From the IMG/VR virus record IMGVR_UViG_2579778919_000004, positions 1-9,156 of that record: a DNA stretch of 9,156 nt, one strand, 5' to 3'. This document shows, in pieces, positions 6,777 to 9,156 of this stretch. How positions within the stretch are numbered: position 1 is the first letter of the stretch; every line of letters starts with the position of its first letter. A program made the position numbers and the translations under genes. Source of the DNA: a virus. Lineage: Duplodnaviria > Heunggongvirae > Uroviricota > Caudoviricetes. A model generated the notes under the pieces. It was not told where the DNA came from, searched no databases, and saw only the letters and a program-made list of their open reading frames with translations.

Positions 6777-7073
6777 TTATCTTTCAGAAACGTCATTATT
6801 GCCCCCCCCTTTGAGGTGTTCTCCATCGTCATTTTTTGTCATGAAGCAAAGCTCATTAAGTAATGAGGTGAATCTTCCCGCTACCTTCACATCAGTGCGT
6901 GTGATTGCGGGCATAAGTAACTGGGTAAATTCAGCACGCAGCTCATGCGCATATTTATTGGCACACTCTGCTGTTTTGTGGGCTTTATTTATGTAAAGAA
7001 AGTCGCCATCCTGATTGGCTGGATGGACTTTGTTATTCACGATTTCACTTCTGACGATAATATTCATTTGCAT
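6777..7073 (-). CDS. Hypothetical protein, 98 aa (or 96 aa from the ATG at 7065-7067); AT-rich moron-like gene with a G8 tract near its 3' end
   Basis: The ORF lies in AT-rich DNA. GAGG sits only 2 nt before the first ATG but 8 nt before the third-codon ATG, which favours the latter start. The codons for KGGGN contain G8, seen as C8 on the + strand at ~6802-6809. Confidence 0.62.
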   Translation of the reverse strand: MQMNIIVRSEIVNNKVHPANQDGDFLYINKAHKTAECANKYAHELRAEFTQLLMPAITRTDVKVAGRFTSLLNELCFMTKNDDGEHLKGGGNNDVSER

Positions 7074-7140
7074 TTCCTCAGGGTGAGTTTTTCCCCACCC
7101 TAAAAGGTGTTAATTATTAATAATTGACTTAATTAGTTAG

Positions 7141-7434
7141 TTAAATAGCAGAGAACATTTTCTTAATATCAGGATGGTCATCTATGATTTTTTTAGCATC
7201 ATCACATGCCTCGTCATATGATTTAAAGAAATCAACTAATACGAAATAATTTTCGATGCGTTCGTAAACGGCGAACTCCATCTCACCAACAAATGTCGTA
7301 TTGAATTGGTAATCAAAACCTTTATCGTGAGGCTGCACAGCATGGCAATAAGACCAATGCGAATTGGTTGATCTAAGCTTGGCGTGAATATCAAATGTCT
7401 GGCAGGTAGGTTTTGGTTGGGAGTTTGTGTTCAT
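7141..7434 (-). CDS. Hypothetical mildly acidic protein, 97 aa; first gene downstream of the predicted PL
   Basis: ATG at 7432-7434 preceded by GGAG with an 8-nt spacer. AT-rich composition. The protein is Asp/Glu-rich toward the C-terminus (DEACDDAKKIIDDHPD). It is not basic or Arg-rich, so it does not look like a lambda N-type antiterminator. Confidence 0.68.
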   Translation of the reverse strand: MNTNSQPKPTCQTFDIHAKLRSTNSHWSYCHAVQPHDKGFDYQFNTTFVGEMEFAVYERIENYFVLVDFFKSYDEACDDAKKIIDDHPDIKKMFSAI

Positions 7435-7560
7435 CTCATTGGCTCCGTTGTTTGCCGATGAAATGAGAATACTTAAGTATTAATTGAAGGTCAATGGTAT
7501 TAATACAAAAAGAATAATAGTTTTCTTATGTATTTGTTATTGAAGATTATTTTAGTAATA
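7435..7560 (-). promoter_or_regulatory. Predicted leftward early promoter and operator region (PL/OL analogue)
   Basis: On the minus strand: TTGACC (-35; + strand ggtcaa at ~7489-7494), a 17-nt spacer, then TATTCT (-10; + strand agaata at ~7466-7471), about 25 nt upstream of the ATG at 7434. A perfect 14-bp palindrome AATACTTAAGTATT (~7468-7481) overlaps the -10 and spacer, and a second palindrome GTATTAATAC (~7497-7506) lies just upstream of the -35. Both share the TAATAC half-site found in the cI-cro intergenic region. Confidence 0.4.
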
Positions 7561-7598
7561 AAAAAGCCGACGCTATGGTCGGCTTGGTGCTTTTTTGG
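7559..7598 (-). terminator. Rho-independent terminator downstream of the repressor gene (hairpin flanked by an A-run and a T-run, so potentially bidirectional)
   Basis: AAAAAA-AAGCCGAC-gctatg-GTCGGCTT-ggtgc-TTTTTT: a perfect 8-bp stem with a 6-nt loop. On the minus strand the stem is followed directly by TTTTTTATT, about 20 nt past the repressor stop. Confidence 0.6.
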
Positions 7599-7605
7599 CA
7601 GCGGA

Positions 7606-8298
7606 TCAGAAGATTGTTGATACCCAAAACAGTCTTCCTAAAACTTCAAGACTATCCATGTCTACTTCTTCGTCAGGGTATTCATCAGAGTTGTAGCTTC
7701 TGATTGTCACCTTATCTGGCCCAGATCTGTAGAGGATTTTTAACCTTTTCCATCCACCTTGGTTGATGCCGTAAATTTTACCATCCACGATACGCTTGTC
7801 ATGGCAGTTTATGGCAACAGTTGAGCCATCAGCGATCACTGGCTCCATGCTATTTCCGTGTGCAGCAAAGCATAGAACGCCATCACCATCACTATTAGCT
7901 CCCACCTTTCGCAATGTTGCTTTGGAAAATCTAAGTTTTTTTCCATTGTAATCATCATTAAGGGCGCTGCCATCTCCACATGCGAACTCGATATCCTTCA
8001 AGTAAGGCACCTCTACCTCATCATCCTCAAGCGGCGTTTGCTTATCCCATGGATCTATACCAAACATTCTTTGTTCTGGCGTTTTTGCTGGCCCCATGGT
8101 GCCTTCACCAGTGCTTAACCATATGGGATCTACATCCAGTGCTTTGGCTATATCCACGATTTTTCCGCTGGACTGAGCTTTTCCTGAGGTTAGTTTTTGT
8201 ATGGCCCCCTGGCTTACCCCAACCCTATGCGCTAATTGACTTTGAGTAGCCCCAGCATGAGCCATCGCCAGCCTTAGTCTTTCTGCAAGTGTGTTCAT
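7606..8298 (-). CDS. CI-like prophage repressor: N-terminal XRE-type HTH plus C-terminal S24 (LexA/UmuD-like) autopeptidase domain, 230 aa
   Basis: N-terminal HTH (QSQLAHRVGVSQGAIQKLTSG). C-terminal S24 signatures: GNSMEP (catalytic Ser in a G-x-S-M context) and downstream WKRLK (candidate catalytic Lys). Candidate autocleavage site Cys-Gly in FACGDG, as in UmuD. ATG at 8296-8298 preceded by GGAG. Divergent from a cro-like gene. Confidence 0.9.
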   Translation of the reverse strand: MNTLAERLRLAMAHAGATQSQLAHRVGVSQGAIQKLTSGKAQSSGKIVDIAKALDVDPIWLSTGEGTMGPAKTPEQRMFGIDPWDKQTPLEDDEVEVPYLKDIEFACGDGSALNDDYNGKKLRFSKATLRKVGANSDGDGVLCFAAHGNSMEPVIADGSTVAINCHDKRIVDGKIYGINQGGWKRLKILYRSGPDKVTIRSYNSDEYPDEEVDMDSLEVLGRLFWVSTIF

Positions 8299-8424
8299 CT
8301 TAGTATCTCCGATTTTTATGCATATTTAATACCACAGGATTAACCATGGCAAGCGGATAATACTTGATTAATTATTCCTTTGGTATTATTTTATATCTTT
8401 AATATTAATACTAAGGGCTTTGTT
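8299..8424. promoter_or_regulatory. Divergent immunity control region (OR analogue) with candidate PRM (leftward) and PR (rightward) promoters and repeated TAATAC-type operator half-sites
   Basis: AT-rich 126-bp intergenic region between the divergent repressor and cro-like genes. TAATAC or its complement occurs at ~8327, ~8358, ~8383 (complement) and ~8406. Imperfect palindromes: TAATACCACAGGATTA (~8327-8342), GGATAAT..ATTATTCC (~8355-8378), and CCTTTGGTATTA with TAATACTAAGGG (~8377-8417). Candidate PR: TTGATT (~8364-8369), 17 nt, TATTTT (~8387-8392). Candidate PRM on the minus strand: TTGCCA, 17 nt, TTAAAT (+ strand ~8347-8352 and ~8324-8329). Confidence 0.55.
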
Positions 8425-8667
8425 ATGACTGATGAGGTGTTTGAATCCCCAATGGCGAAAGCCGTGTACGTTGCTGGTGGTCAAAGTTCGCTTGCTAAAA
8501 AGGTTGGCGTTACGCAAGGGGCCGTCTGGAAGTGGGTCAGGGGGATCAAGAAAGTTTCTCCGGTCCATGCAGTGGCAGTATCAAACGCAGTTAATGGAAT
8601 TGTTAAGCCTCATGAACTGCGGCCTGATTTGCCGACTCTTTTCCCGCACCCGGGCAATGAGGTGTGA
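8425..8667 (+). CDS. Cro-like / YdaS-family HTH regulator, 80 aa
   Basis: ATG at 8425 preceded by AAGGG with a 7-nt spacer; the track start at 8380 is a TTG inside the operator region and was rejected. The segment AVYVAGGQSSLAKKVGVTQGAVWKWVRG ... ELRPDL resembles Rac prophage YdaS as I recall it (VVGGQSALARLLGVSPPSVNQWIKG ... ELRPDI). Divergent from the repressor. Confidence 0.8.
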   Translation: MTDEVFESPMAKAVYVAGGQSSLAKKVGVTQGAVWKWVRGIKKVSPVHAVAVSNAVNGIVKPHELRPDLPTLFPHPGNEV

Positions 8668-8668
8668 T

Positions 8669-8878
8669 ATGTCGCACTCAATCACTACCGAAAACCAAAT
8701 TAAGCAATTGGATATCGATTATCGCGATCCGCGCGGTGTGATTGTGCATGTCACCGGCTGGAATCGGGATAAGCAGCAGGTGTATTTCACCAGGCAGAAT
8801 TATCCGCATGAATGTATGCAGCCTGTCTGGAAGTTCCAACAATATTTTACGAAGGTCTCGGAGGCGCAAAATGCGTGA
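8669..8878 (+). CDS. Hypothetical small early protein, 69 aa
   Basis: ATG at 8669-8671 lies 1 nt after the cro-like stop and is preceded by GAGG with a 6-nt spacer. The longer track ORF from 8432 overlaps the cro-like gene in another frame and was rejected. No recognised domain. Confidence 0.6.
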   Translation: MSHSITTENQIKQLDIDYRDPRGVIVHVTGWNRDKQQVYFTRQNYPHECMQPVWKFQQYFTKVSEAQNA

Positions 8879-9156
8879 TTACGGAAAGGTGCCGTCTGAG
8901 TTTTGGTTGGACCAAAACGGCAACAAATGGAAAGTGCCCACGATCAAAGGTCGCCTGAAAATGCGCGTACCCTGCCATCGCGCACTACGCGAATTTGTTC
9001 TTTGGCGCGACGGTTTCAAATGCCGTCATTGTGGTAGTCAAGACCGCATTAAATTGGTCGCAGATCACATTGTATCGCGACGTAACGGTGGTGCTCACCA
9101 CCCAGACAACATGCAATGTTTGTGTGATTCCTGCAATGCGCGCAAGGCTTCCCTAG
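8871..9156 (+). CDS. HNH endonuclease family protein, 3'-truncated by the window edge
   Basis: ATG at 8871 preceded by GGAGG with a 6-nt spacer; overlaps the previous gene by 8 nt. Manual translation: MRDYGKVPSEFWLDQNGNKWKVPTIKGRLKMRVPCHRALREFVLWRDGFKCRHCGSQDRIKLVADHIVSRRNGGAHHPDNMQCLCDSCNARKASL. It has the C-x2-C ... D-H ... N ... H ... C-x2-C arrangement of the HNH motif. Confidence 0.8.
   Translation, partial: MRDYGKVPSEFWLDQNGNKWKVPTIKGRLKMRVPCHRALREFVLWRDGFKCRHCGSQDRIKLVADHIVSRRNGGAHHPDNMQCLCDSCNARKASL

Noticed and set aside
6661-6996. Plus-strand ORF 6661..6996 (111 aa)
   Set aside because: Antisense to the 6777..7073 gene and the end of the 6321..6683 gene; no RBS; reads through the homopolymer tract.
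7124-7152. Plus-strand TTGACT hexamer that might be a -35 element
   Set aside because: No acceptable -10 hexamer at 15-19 bp spacing, and any transcript would be antisense to the local genes.
7980-8249. Plus-strand ORF 7980..8249 inside the repressor gene
   Set aside because: Antisense to the CI-like repressor, which has clear HTH and S24 motifs.
8380-8424. Upstream TTG start (8380) for the cro-like gene, as given by the ORF track
   Set aside because: It would place the N-terminus inside the operator and promoter region and add a hydrophobic 15-aa extension. The ATG at 8425 has a proper SD and yields a YdaS-like N-terminus.
8432-8668. Long form (148 aa) of track ORF 8432..8878, and minus-strand ORFs 8386..8568 and 8678..8869
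   Set aside because: The 5' part of 8432..8878 overlaps the cro-like gene out of frame; the internal ATG at 8669 with GAGG is the plausible start. The minus-strand ORFs are antisense to supported genes.
1-9156. Search for tRNA, rRNA, CRISPR repeats and IS or transposon terminal inverted repeats
   Set aside because: No cloverleaf-compatible segment, no regularly spaced direct repeats and no transposase-like ORF were seen. The integrase abuts a protein-coding gene rather than a tRNA.

Overview
The window reads as the left arm of an integrated lambdoid (Rac-like) prophage in an enterobacterial chromosome. From left to right: (1) the GC-rich 3' end of a host gene on the + strand (2..700), whose stop codon overlaps the convergent integrase stop; (2) a tyrosine integrase (697..2010, -) and excisionase (2066..2302, -); (3) a long leftward early operon (2312..6683, -) of about 11 tightly packed genes, six of them joined by ATGA stop/start overlaps, almost all without an assignable function. 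It contains a truncated DnaN (beta sliding clamp) homologue (3478..4044) and a BRO-N domain protein (4041..4871), but no recognisable Red/RecET/Erf recombinase or N-like antiterminator; (4) two AT-rich genes (6777..7073 and 7141..7434, -) next to a predicted PL/OL region (7435..7560) that carries a perfect 14-bp palindrome; (5) an intrinsic terminator (~7559..7598); (6) a CI-like repressor with an S24 LexA-type autopeptidase domain (7606..8298, -); (7) a divergent OR/PRM/PR control region (8299..8424) with repeated TAATAC half-sites; (8) a Cro/YdaS-like HTH gene (8425..8667, +), a 69-aa ORF (8669..8878, +) and a 3'-truncated HNH endonuclease gene (8871..9156, +). No rRNA, tRNA or CRISPR array was recognised. 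All homology calls are from motif recognition by eye, with no database search. Coordinates of non-CDS features were counted by hand and may be off by 1-2 nt; CDS coordinates follow the supplied ORF track. The observation I rank highest is the prophage-encoded partial beta-clamp homologue embedded in the uncharacterised early operon.
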